From: Styela clava
Lineage: Eukaryota
Reading direction: 5' to 3'
Length of the DNA: 64,000 bases
NCBI RefSeq assembly: GCF_964204865.1
Contig: NC_135259.1
Coordinates: 12,524,001 to 12,588,000 of the forward strand
Part shown: piece by piece, positions 26,301-39,071 of the stretch
How positions within the stretch are numbered: position 1 is the first letter of the stretch
How the letters are laid out: each line of letters starts with the position of its first letter
The notes under the pieces: model-generated
Databases searched by the model: none
What the model saw: only the letters and a program-made list of their open reading frames with translations
What the model was told of the DNA's origin: nothing
Translations under genes and position numbers: made by a program

Positions 26301-29300
26301 CTGGATTTAAAGCCAATTTTACAATAACAATATGGTTTAGACCTGTTGAAAATCGTCTCGCAATCTCAAACATGCCGGCGAAGAAACACACGGTAAAATG
26401 AATTTATTTCAAGTTAAAATAACACAAAAGCTGCAGAACATAAGCATAGCATCTAATTTTTCAGAAAAATAAAAAAAAAAATTAGTGAATTGTTTTTATG
26501 CACAAGCATAACACGCAATATATACCCTTATACCCTTGATATGCTTTTATTGCTAAACTAAAATTGATAGTCTTATTTTTTATATTTTTATCCGTAATTT
26601 CTCATCTCATTTTAACAAGACTAAAGAAATTGATGGCGTGTTATGGAATTCAACAACATTTGAAGAGACTTTCCCGATGGCTACTTACATTTTGGCATTT
26701 GCGATATGTGATGATTACTCATTTGCGGAAAGCTCCAGCGCAACAGGGATTAAGGTACATAATTTTTCATGTGTGTATGATATGTTGTTATCTATTTTGG
26801 GGTTGTTGCAATTAAAATAAGGTATAGCATCTGCAAGTAGGATGAAAAGTGCATTCATTATTGGCCGGTTCATAGTTCATAGTTTTCTACAGTGTTTACA
26901 AACCGACCGAGTGATACTTTTGTAAATTTCTCAATTCCGCATTTATTTACACAAAGGTACGCACCTTCGCACCAAAAGAGTGGATTGCAAATGGCACAGC
27001 AGATTACGCCACCAAGACTGCACCAATTATATTAGACCATTTCCAAGATTTCTTCGGTGTTAAATATCCATTAACCAAAGCAGGTTACCTTATGTTGATT
27101 AAAAAGTTGCATTATCATATACATTACATTGTGAACACCAATGTTGTAATATACATGAGTACATGAGCAGTCTAGAGTCATAAGATCTGAAATTTTGTTT
27201 GTGATGATTTTATAATTGCTCTGTGAAGTTTAAAGAGGCTACAGAGCAGTGTTAGGGGGCCACAATACTAGGCGCAACAAAATTTCTTTTAATGCAAACC
27301 CATTTGCATACTTTTCTCTTCATGAACAATTTCCGCGTCTTCCTATTCTCATTACCGAATTTTGTCCACTATGTTTGGTTGTCAGGCCATCCGATTCTAA
27401 TTGAGCCATCTCGCCTGCGGACAACTGTCGAACCTAGTCTACTTATAGCGGTAATATGCGAGATAGTTGTCATAAACGTATTGTAGACGCAATAAATATA
27501 TCTAAATTTCCAAAATTACCAAGAATCGGAAATGTTCAGAATGTACAAAGCGTGCTTCGCTCGTATTTTGGATTGATGAGCAGGGAGTCACGAGCCATAT
27601 AAGGTTGGAATAAATATTTAAAGGTTAGAGAGAAGTCACTATCTTAGAGACTCTCATCGCCTCCTGTCATCTTCAGATTATTTGCATCCAAGTCAAAATA
27701 CAACCAGGTTTAAATTATATTTCAGATCAAATCGTCGTGCCACAACTTGTATTTGGGGCGATGGAAAATTGGGGATTGGTAATGTATAAAAAGAAGTTCC
27801 TTTTGGTTGACGACAATTCGACTATTCGTGATAAACTTGAAAGTGTCAATACTATTTCACATGAACTCGTACACATGGTAAGTATATGTTTTTTTTCGTA
27901 TGTAATGTTTGTACTATATAAGGTATAGTTATAAATAAATTATAGTCACAAATACAAAAAAGTGGACGATAATGCAGAATTACAGTTTGTTAATAAGCAA
28001 GGCCTACTTAAAAGAAGTTTTTTGATTGTTGACGCAACCCGTAATTGCACATGTACATTGGTTACAGCACTTTCAAAACGCGACCAACAGCGGATACACT
28101 AACATGTGTAACTGACTTATTTTTTAAATGATATTAGTTCAATTCCGAGTAATGTATCACATAAACAAGATGCAGATGTAATACATTTGTCCCGACTCGA
28201 GGCAATGAGACTTGAGGTTATAAAGAAAAGAGCTAGATGGAAACAACTACCCGAAAAGTTTTTCAATAATACAAATTATATTTATATAAAGTGGTTTGGC
28301 AACTTGGTCACCCCGACGTTCTGGAACGATATTTGGTTGAACGAAGGATTTGCAACATATTTTTCATATTCTGGGGCAGAATCTGTTTATCCAACATGGA
28401 ACTCGGTGAGTTTGTGATTAAAAAATTAGAAAAACTAGCAATAAACGTCTTTTTATTTTTTTCATTAAACCTAGTTGGATTTTTGACGCAACCTATATAA
28501 CTACTTTTGTACTTTCATCAAATAATATTTTTTTTTCATTTCAAGAAACAATTATTTTTCCTGGAAATTTTTTATCAAGCAATGGACGCGGATGACACTA
28601 ACTTGTCACACCCTATAATACATGAAGAAGAAAGACCAGATGCAATATTCAATATGTTTGACTCCATTGTTTACAAAAAAGTTTGTATGCAGTTACTATT
28701 ACATGCCCATTCGAATTCGCGAATGTTGTTTAGCTGATGTTTTTTTGCGTAAAAACAAAACCTAATTTTTATCGAAAGTCCCAAAATTGTTAAATTAAAA
28801 CAGTTCTCATGTGCTGTATGATCAGGATCTGGTGGGGTTGTACGTTCTGATTGCAAGGTTACTGCAGAAAGAATTAAAACTGCTATATTGAATGGTTGAA
28901 AGGTTTTGCATCACACTTCCATAAACTAACGTTACATTCTGTAATGTTTTCGTCTAACCAAAGTCAGACTTTCTAACCCAAGCCGTTTTTAACAAAGATA
29001 AGAAAAGAATATTCACGAACTCTTTGTCTGATTTTGGGCGGACGAAACGTTGCAGAATAAAATTTGTGAAAGTGTGATGTTAATCTTTTATGCGGAATAG
29101 GGAATTTTGATTATATATAGTTACATGTAATCTTGTTATACCTGTGACTCACCAGAATCTCAAGATAGAGTTAACCTTAACTGTTACTCTCATTGATATA
29201 TATATAGAATTATACAAAGTTAAATGTCCTCACCAGAGCGTAGTGCAAAATACTAATTTTTATATTGAAGACACTAAATCATAGCTATCTATACCACTCA

Positions 29301-32300
29301 TATTTTCCAAATTTATAAATGGTATTGGCAAACCTTTTGCTTTTTATACGTGAATAAAAATTGGAACAAATATTATTTTCATTAGTATTTAATTGATGAA
29401 TAAGAGTTGCATAAAGCTTTAGAAGCACTCATCGATAGCTGGTTTGGAGACTTTCGAGTTATTAGAAGTTCATGTATAATACAGTGGTAATTGTCAAATA
29501 CACTGTTGCTTTCGCTTAAATTATCCTTCTACTTTTCAGGGTGGGTGTATGTTACGCATGATCAACGCTTTTCTCGGCGATGAAGTATTTATGAATGGAC
29601 TTAAAGTAAGCCTAGCAATTTCCACTCGAGTTTCTAGCACTTTTTGAAAAAAAATTCAAAGTTTGCATATGGCGATAAGTTTTTATCACATAATATTGTT
29701 TTCATAATTTAAAGTTGAAATAGCGTGAAATTTTCTTTTTTTTCTGGCAGGCGTACTTGAAAGATCTTTCTTACAACACAACTACGACAGACACACTGTT
29801 CAAATATTGGGAGAATGTAAGATCGTTTCGAGTTAAAATCTATAACGTATTCTAACAATGAATATTGATTTCGTCAGGTTTGATTTTCAAATTAATTGAG
29901 ACTGAGACCTGAAAACCTGTAGAAATAATTGCGAAGAAAATTCAAGTATTAAGCAATTTGAAGGTTCAATATATATACTTTTTCCGTTTAATTAAAGCCG
30001 CGTTGAAAAATACCAGATTCCTAACTTCTTTGTTAATTATTCTAAATATTATAAGTTATATTTTCATTTATGACCGACATCAGTTTCGTGAAATTTGAAT
30101 TCAGTTTATTGGAATTATTTTATCAGGCTATTAACAAAACAGAAAATTCGTATCCGGCATCCATATCAGAAATGTTGACACCGTGGACTACACAAGCTGG
30201 ATATCCCGTTTTGAATGTTAAAAGGGAAAACGATGTGTATTCAATAACGCAAGAAAGATTCTTGAGAGATGAGGAATCTTCATACGATAAGTATAGAATT
30301 GAATTAATATGACAAAAGTAGCAACAAGTCAAAATAACTTAAAAAGAAAATAAACCTAAACGTTTCACCAATATTTGCGGAAATATCCCAAAGTCTTTAC
30401 CTGCGTCATGACTGAATTTCACTTGATTTCTCTGACTACTGGAAATATCTACGATAATCTACTACATGAGGACTTATCGTTGTTAATTGTTGTATATATA
30501 TTCATTTAGCATTCACTTTTTGTTTCAGAAACAGTTGGTATGTTCCTGTCATGTACAAAGTTATGAATGGTAATAATTCTAAGTCCAACAAATTGTCGTG
30601 GATGTTACCTAACGATAAATGTAAGTTAACTACTTCTTTTTTATATATATACTTTATAATTGGCTTTAAACTGGTTGGTTCAGTAAAGATGCGAGGTTCA
30701 ATTTGAGTTTACAATGTCATTATTTTAGAAGTAATTAAATAACTTCAAAACCCAAAACTGGTTTTCATAAATATTAATGCCTTTCAGTTACAATCAACGA
30801 AAAAGATTTAATATTGGTGAACGCTGATGCAACTGGATTTTACAGAGTTAATTATGACGAAGACACCTGGAACAAAATTATACAATATCTCAAGTCTGAC
30901 AAATTCGAGGTAAGGAACAAGAATTGTCAGCCTTATTCGTTTAAGTAGCTCATGACACGTCTATGGTCTTTCTAAACTTTGCTCTGAGGTGGGTTTAATT
31001 CGCTTACTTCACAATGATTGTACGTGGCCTTTCTTTGAGAAGATCCTTACAAAGCAGTTATTTTCAATTGTTTTCAGGAAATACCAGTGGAAAATCGTGG
31101 ACAGCTCATCAGCGATTCATTTGCAATGGCAAGGTGGTATATTTTTTTTTAATTTTCTCAAAAACATTTTTAATTGTTTTTCATCATTGTCGCCTAAAAT
31201 ACATGTTGATGTAACAATAGAGAGTGAAAATGCTATTGTTCAAATATGATATCGTATTCTGCGTCTTCGTACAAATTTTACTTGTAAATTAGATAGAATT
31301 ATATTGCTGTTTCAACTTACGAATTCTTTCATTTGCAGAAGCGGACGATTGAATGTAACGATACCTCTCAAATTATCTGAGTACTTGCTGAACGAGACAG
31401 AATATTTACCTTGGAAAATATTTACTTCAAGTATAGAGCACCTCGACAAAAAATTGTTCAAATCTTCTTTATACCAACAGTTCAGGGTCAGTGTTTACTG
31501 TTGTATAAAAAACATAGGCGCAATGCTTCAATGTACACGAAGGCCATTACAGTACCGATAACCTGACCACAAGATCATTGTAACAGCCGTTCTTTGTGAC
31601 CTGGACGACACCGACTGCACACTAGATATTTATTAACAGTTCAATAACGCGGTCTTTCAAGCCCCAAGTTCGTATCCTCAATCCAGAAAAACACACAACT
31701 CGAAGTATACAGTTGACACGGTTATCTTAATACAAACGTAAAACCAAATCAATACAAAATACTTGCAATAAATAATTAATCATACACAATTCGGCCTTTA
31801 GAAAGCCTACTCAAATTTATGAACATAATTATCAAACATAGTTAATTATTAAGTCGAACCAAATTACTATTGAATAACTTGCAGTCTTCAAATCAGAAAG
31901 AGTTACAAATTATAACATACCGAATTTGTCTGCTATTCCAGGCTTAAATTATCATAAGTTGAACATGAAATCATTCGTCAATGAAATCCGAACAAATCAA
32001 TTAAATAAACTATAACTGTAAAATCAATCACAAAAGGCCATTTAATGCTCATAAAATATCCCTAAGATAGGCCTATGTGGGCAGCCATAATCTACATTAT
32101 TTAATCGTCCTACAGTCAAAACAGAAAGCCAAGGTCGCTGAACAAGTTTAACTTATTTACAAATTACAACGAAACGAGCGCCATTCTCTGCAAAAGTAAA
32201 GCGCCATCTAAAGCAAATTACCGAAACTATCCATGTCTAAGCGAGACATGGTTGGGCAAGCAATTGCCACGAAGACTCTCTCAATTGTTTCGTAACAAAG

Positions 32301-35300
32301 TGTGTAGAAGCACACTGTCAATCAAGGGAAATTACGGCGTCAACAATAACAAATAAATTACTACACAAGTTAAACAGACGCAATGTTTAAGTCAATACAA
32401 AAATCAAGTGAATGCGATTCTCGATGTAACAATCATTGAGATATAATCACGGAACCACGGCGCGCGATTATTAATTTTGATGACGTCATCACACAAAACG
32501 TCGAAGTAGAAAACGAATCACATAGAGCCCACAGATATTTTTGGAATAAATGGAAGTAATTTTGATTCTGTCCATTTATACCTTCGTCTGTTGCGCTGTA
32601 TTTTATTTTGATAAATTAATTACTGGTTCTCAAACTTTTCAAAAAATCATGCATAACGGTCCCCTTGCAATTTTTCTGAGGACTCGCGCTCCACTAAAGA
32701 AATGAAAGCAAATACCAACGCGGTATATCAAGCATTCATCTATTGAATGACATTAAAACGGTTCAATGTGAAGGGTGCGCCTGATTGGCTTCGACTAGTT
32801 CTTCTACTTTGGTTTTCTATTTTGTACAATGCAACTCTCATATCATGTCCCACGTCCATTCTGTTTCAACATATTTTATTAATAGCGAGTAACGTGGAAA
32901 AAGCTGCCTCACATTCGTAAGTTGGTGCAAATGAAATGAGCATTTTAGTACCATTTTAGCGACATCGGGATAGGACGGTGCCACCGTGGTTTTTCTTTTC
33001 CTCCAGAACTATCACAGCAAAACCTAATCTCACATATGAATCATTATATCAAAATCTATTTTTTACGGCCAGGAGGGCATTTTTAAATAAACCTGAAAAA
33101 ATTTACAATCAGATGCACACGCCTTCCATAAACAATACGATCTTAGTTGCCGTACTTGGCACGTTAACCAACGTTTGTTACGTAATAATGTCGTCAGTAT
33201 AACGTGACGTGCTGCGTAGAAACACTGTGAAAACATGACATCAAAATTTCTCCTTAAATCAAAGTGCTCCTGTGCCGAGGTTAAAGTTGTCTCGCGGTCC
33301 CCTCCGCTTCACGGACCCCTAAGCGACCGCGGACCCCAGTTTGAGAACCAATGTCCTGAAGTATTAGCACCAAGATGGCGCACAACCTGAACTCAGGGTG
33401 TGTACCATGTTAGAGTTCAGGTTGTGCGACATCTTGGTGCGCATACTTCAGGAGTACCCTTTTTTCGGTATGTTCATGCGTTGTTCTTTCCTTGATATCC
33501 AAGCAATAATTTTAAGTTCCTTATTCCTTATTCATATTTGTTTATATCAATTTTTTATTTTTTATTCAGAAATATGTGGCAAAGTTGGTATTGCCATTAT
33601 ACAAAGAATATGGCTTTATGGATGATTCTTCTATGGAAGATTCCGATCTGTTTGACAGGTAGGGTGGAAGATATTGACTTGATAATTTGAAAATACTTCC
33701 ATAGTAACTTACACATAGCTAATCTGAGTAATTGTTCGTCCGGTAGCGGCTGCTGTTATACACTATCTTTACGGTATAAAAATGGATCCAAAAAGTGTCT
33801 CAACTGTGACTATTCTAAGCTTAAGTAGGGACTACCGGAGAAGAGTATTTATGGGTTCTGATTTTTGGGGGGTTAATTTAAAAAATATTTATTGCCCTTT
33901 TTTTTATCAACTGGTCTCAATTCAAATTATGAATTCCAATTCAAGTTAAAGGGCGTAATCATAACGAGGTAATCACTGTTTAATTTATTATTTCTCATTT
34001 TGTTTCTAAACAGTTTAACCATTCAACTTGCGACTCATACAGCGTGTTACTATGGAAGTGAATTCTGCATCGAAAACGCAAAACGACTCTATGCATCTTG
34101 GATGAAGAATCCGGAGGAGAAAAGGTACCTTCGTAAAGTTGTATGTCGTAAAACCAAGTTAAACTATATATTTGATAAGATCAGTCTTTGTGAGTCTTTA
34201 TGGCATGGTTTCAAAAGCATATGTACAAATTTTCGGACTTCCTGAAGTATGCGCACCAAGATGGCGCACACCTGAACTCAGGTTGTGTACCAGGTTAGGG
34301 TTCAGGTTGTGCGACATCTTGGTGCGCATACTTCAGGAGTACCGAATTTTTAAATCTGGAGTCGCAGTTAGAATCCAATTTCAAATGAAGTAGAATTGGG
34401 TGTTGTTTTTCCCAAACTTCTCCGCGCTGATTTTATTACATAATTTCGTGTGAGGTGTTTTCATTAATTTACTGCAATCAAAGCTCTGCCTAAGCGCCAC
34501 TGAAACGTGACGCCGGCATACCTAGGCTCGCCTGTCCATCGGGACAGCAAAGTATTTATGATCTTCCGTAACTATGGTACAATGAAAAAAGGGCCATTTC
34601 AATGAACAACAGAGAAGAGGTATACTGCACAGCTTTGCGAAACGGGGGATGGGATGAATGGAATTTTGCAATGAAAGAACACATTAGCACACTGGATAAA
34701 GAAGAGCAAAGAAAATTAAGGTATTGAATGTACTCTGGAGCATTGAGCTATAACATCTATTTATATCACAGTTGTTAACAGAATTAGTGTACTTATACAA
34801 GCCAAAATCGACTGAATATTGGCCATTTTGAAGTTCATATCCTAGTAACAGATATCGCAACATCGATATTAATTGATGAAAATCTAAACTGCACTATAAA
34901 AGTCTTTTATGGACTGTAACTGTGATTTTTGTTGCTGGATATTGTAAGCACAATAGTGATAAGGATTTGATTAAAAATCCTGAATTCTACAAATTATTCC
35001 AATAATTTAGCAATAAAAAAATAAACGACAATCAACGTCCATTTACTTAGATTTGGATTGTCTTGCGTTGAAGATGAGACAAAATTGTGGATATTGCTTG
35101 CCAGATGTTTGGCGGAAAATGCGATAGTTGAACGTGATGAAGCTTGGTCAACATGTGTGGAATTTGTCATGAAAAACGAATACGGTAGACGTATTGTATG
35201 GAAATATGTAATAGAAATGAAGGGGTAATTAAATAATAGAGATCACTTTTAATCTTCACGCTTGTTTAGAACAAACCTTTTAAGAGTTGCTTTGCAGTGG

Positions 35301-36405
35301 TGGAGAAACAATGCCGACAGAAATGGCGTAAAGTTTTGCGGTTCTACATATAGATAAACTTAACTTATTAGCAAGAAGTGATGGAGTTTAACCCTCGTGA
35401 TTTCCACTCATCGATGCTGACTTTTTAACGCAGTAGGCGCCAGGCCGTCGCATTAGTAAAAAATGAAATGAGTGGAAACTTTATTTATGTACGACGCTGA
35501 TGCTTCGCTCTTTTGACCAATACTTATAAAAATTGCATCATATTGTGGAGAGATGTTGGATCTCCCAGACCGAACAGAGAATATTTGTTGGGGATCGGAA
35601 TCACTTTTTTGATGTCAAGAATATGCGACCAATTGCCCTGTCTCCTATTCATGAACAGTCCAGAATATATATATTTATACAGGGTGGTCGCTAGAAAAGC
35701 AGAAATTTGAAGGTCAGATTAAATTATGAATAAAATGCGTAAAGATATAAGTTGAATCAAAACAATATTCTACAAGTTAACCTTTAAAACGCTCGCGAGC
35801 TTAGACTTCTAGGTTGAGACACTACTCTGAAGTGCAACGACGATATTTTGAGCATATATGAGTGTAATATATTATATAACATATAATATAAAAAAAATTT
35901 GCTAAAAGTCATGCTTTGTAAAAAGCGATCACCACTCGTCAGATTTGGAATTTGATCGCGACAATCTCTTGTTGTTGTCTTGTGCTGTTTTTTATTTAAA
36001 TTAGTAACCTGCATAACAATATGTTTGTATTGTTTCAGGATTCAATTTTCTCATCCATTTTTTGAGTATTTGACAAATACCTTTTCTAGCAAAGATGATA
36101 TAAAGTTGGTGAGTGAATCCTGAACTTATCGATTAAAACGAATGGTCTTGTTCAATGTTGATCTGATTTAGCTCAAAAAATCTATTAGTTTTTTTCCAAT
36201 CTGGAAATTCACAAAAAAACGCTTTTTCACTTTAGCAAATTAATTTTTATGTTTCTATTTTTGTCACAAGCTGACTGATCTGAAAAAGCGTGGAGAAAAT
36301 GGAAAATCAAGACAGCCAGGTGTTAAAGGAGCAATCAAGAATGCAGAAAAAAGTTTGAAATGGTTGGAACTAAACGAAGAAGATTTGAAAAACTGGTTGA
36401 TGTGA
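23375..36405 (+). CDS. M1-family zinc aminopeptidase (aminopeptidase N-like), type II membrane anchor, 23 exons, ~940 aa
   Basis: N-terminal hydrophobic anchor; PW..RLP..P..Y (24517); [11 protein letters not shown] (~26270); GAMENWGL and HELVH (27726-27876); WFGNLVT..WLNEGFA (28292); catalytic Tyr in IVYKK|GG; GFYRVNYD; VYCTA..GG..EW; stop at 36403-36405. Confidence 0.95.
25656..26066. mobile_element. hAT MITE in an aminopeptidase intron, containing a C18 run
   Basis: Terminal inverted repeats (TIRs) cagcggttccaaa / ttgggaaccactg. Confidence 0.65.
31579..32431 (-). mobile_element. Solo LTR (853 bp)
   Basis: TGT...ACA termini, perfect 5-bp TSD ATCAT (31574-31578, 32432-32436), AATAAA on the minus strand near 31630; the flanks rejoin into one copy of the dispersed repeat. 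Confidence 0.85.
32621..33353. mobile_element. hAT MITE
   Basis: TIRs tactggttctcaaact / agtttgagaaccaatg with ggacccc subterminal repeats. Confidence 0.7.
33354..33458. mobile_element. Short palindromic Merlin-like MITE (left end truncated)
   Basis: cctgaagta...caagatggcgcac / gtgcgacatcttggtgcgcatacttcaggagtacc; near-identical to 34235-34343. Confidence 0.75.
34235..34343. mobile_element. Short palindromic Merlin-like MITE
   Basis: GG...CC ends, long TIR, imperfect 8-bp TSD aaattttc/gaattttt. Confidence 0.75.
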
Positions 36406-36715
36406 AACATTTTTGTGATAAAATAAATTGTTGGATTGCAAATAAGTTGTATATTTTAAATATAGGAGTGAAAACAGGGCCGAATAAATCACTGGTCACA
36501 GCCTTGTGTATGTGTATATTTCTTAATTATCACTGTTTGACATCCAACAGCCAAGCCAATGTCGTGGTAATTTTGGCAATTTTTTAACTAGCTTGATGTT
36601 CGGATAAGCTGCTCCCAAATGCGAATCCCTTTTTTCGGTCGAGAATTTTTAGTGATATTTGTATAGCAATGTTGCGCAACGAGCGTTTAACGTGAGTGCA
36701 TTTTTGTGTTTATAG

Positions 36716-37073
36716 TAGGGCTAGGCATTCTCGAATACCAGGTGATTTCAGGATCAAATCAAACATTTTATTCGAATCTTGAATACTTGGAAGATTGATA
36801 ATAGTACTCCGGAATCATAAATTACTGAAATCATAGAATCCGTCACCTTGACAGTTCGCTTCGTATTCACAAACAACAAAAAACATGTCAATAGCCTACA
36901 TCATTCTGAAGTAAGGAGTCACATGACACTTTGCATTTTAAAAATATGGCTTTAACAAAAAAATGAGGGATTCGCCTCGATCTTTGGAGAACAAAAACAG
37001 ATGGCAGCAATTCGAAATTTTCGAATCAACTGATTCGAATAAATTATTATTCGATTCGGAATGCTCAGGCCTA
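36716..37073. mobile_element. hAT-like MITE
   Basis: tagggctaggcattc / gaatgctcaggccta ends with multiple attcgaat subterminal repeats. Confidence 0.6.
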
Positions 37074-38153
37074 CTTGGAAGTTGTTCTATTCCGGTACCG
37101 GCAGGTTTGTTAAACCGTCGACACATTTGATGACAGTTGACGGTGGGTCTGGTATAGATTGAGAGATTAGCTGCTTTTTTCCTTCCTAGTTTTTTTCCAA
37201 CACTGTCATATAGAATGATAGATGTTTTTCTTCTTCAGTTGATGCCTAGATTTCTATCGCAAGGAAGAACATATATTTATCCCAAGGATTGGCAACCTAT
37301 GGCTCATTAAGGCATAATTTGGGGAATATTATATTGATATATTATTGTGCGTGGCCGACTATCGTAATAGATAAGATTCAGCGACCACTTTGGTCGGTGT
37401 TCAATTTGTGCATTCGTAATTGGATTTAAATCCTAAAGCATATGCACAAATGTGATGAGTTATGGGAGATCCATTACAATCACTTCTAACCTTGGTTTCT
37501 GCATGCTTCTGGGCATGTGTCCTCCGCTTGGCAGGTGCGTAAGCAGCTGCTTTTTACTGATATATTTATGCGTCTATCTAGGGCTAGGCAGTTGAGGAAC
37601 CACAGACCATGCACAGCAAAGAGTATGACGAAGCATATAAATGCAACCATAGGAAGTTCACTCTGGCAACGCCCTTGCTGTTTTTATTCATGTATACCAT
37701 ATCCATATCCTTGCTGTTTTTATCCATAGCCTTACCATGACCAAGAGTTTTCCGCAAGACAGAGGAAATGTAGGTACAAATAGAGGTATCCATAATGTTT
37801 CAAAAGATAAGTAGTCTACGGCTGTTGAAATCTATTTTGCGTGGTGGGATCATGTTCGCAGTATCTGCCTCGATAACTCTGAGCTCGCGAGTAGAAGCGG
37901 GAAGTAGAAACGCGAGTAGAAAAATCTTTCATTTTACTAGTATAGCCAATCCGCTATGAGTTTTCTAATTGATCGCCGGTGCACGACGAAACGTCTGCTG
38001 AAATGAGCATAGTTTTAATTTTTTTTGACAGTGTTGAGACCCATAAAATGTTACGTAGCAGTTTACGATGCAATTGATATTTCAATAAACTCTTATAGTT
38101 GTGATGCTATTAATGCACCTGGATCACGAACATAAATTTCTCATCTCCTAGAA

Positions 38154-38290
38154 AAGAGGTCTCAAACTGTCGCGCCAGACAAATATTTTTGTCAATGCAT
38201 TACAATAAATTGAATTTACAAAAGTTGGGAAATCCATTCACTTTATTCAAAAATATAAATTCTACATTTCTGAAGTCTTAAATATTAAAT

Positions 38291-38343
<53 letters not shown>

Positions 38344-39071
38344 TGCGGTATATATATATATATATATATATATATACCGCAGAATATAGAACAAGAACAT
38401 CATAGCAAACCAAATATACAAGATTTTTAGACAACTATTTTGAGGTTAGCTGTTAGCAAAAAATAAATATTCGCATTTGAGCGGTACAAAATTTAATGTG
38501 ACTTGTGAAATTGGAGCAGTACCTGAAATTACAGTATTATAAGCACAAAATGCACGTTCGACGTTCATTTTAGCACGAGAAACGTACACAGCAACAGTTA
38601 CGCCGAAAGCATGAGCCACGAGTGTGCGAGTGCATCTTTCGCTGAAAACGTTGCGTACCAGTAGAAAATTTTAGCCTATTTTATCACAGCTATTTATAGA
38701 CTAATTTTTGATTTCTGCAATTAAACAGCAACTCCTACGAAGGCAAAATGATGATTGACTTATTTGATTCATACTTCAATTTCCGAAACACAACCAAAAG
38801 CTAACAAATAGCATTCTAAATCGCGAAAACCAGGTATTGTTTAAAACCACGATTGTAGATCTGAGTGACAAAAAGGTCTGAACGGATGCGGATGGTTACG
38901 TCACATTTTGCATCTTGCTGATTGACTATTGTTACAAATAAACAAGTACGGCTATGCTCGGGGAAAAATCCTTCGGAAAAATATTTCGCCCTATTTTCGT
39001 ATTATCGCGGGCCAGATGAAATGACGCCAAGGGCCGAATCTGGCCCGCGGGCCGTAGTTTGATGACCGCTG
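38154..39071. mobile_element. hAT (Charlie-like) MITE containing (TA)n tracts
   Basis: TSD tcctagaa/ccctagaa; right end ggcccgcgggccgtagtttgatgaccgctg. Confidence 0.7.
38295..38388. repeat. (TA)n microsatellites and a perfect 52-bp palindrome
   Basis: tatattctgcgg-(ta)14-ccgcagaatata at 38337-38388, preceded by a ~46-bp TA run. Confidence 0.95.

Noticed and set aside
37340-37520. Local hairpins (cgacca/tggtcg; atttgtgcat/atgcacaaat) suggesting an ncRNA
   Set aside because: No tRNA, snoRNA or ribozyme motif recognised, and there is only one copy, so covariation cannot be assessed
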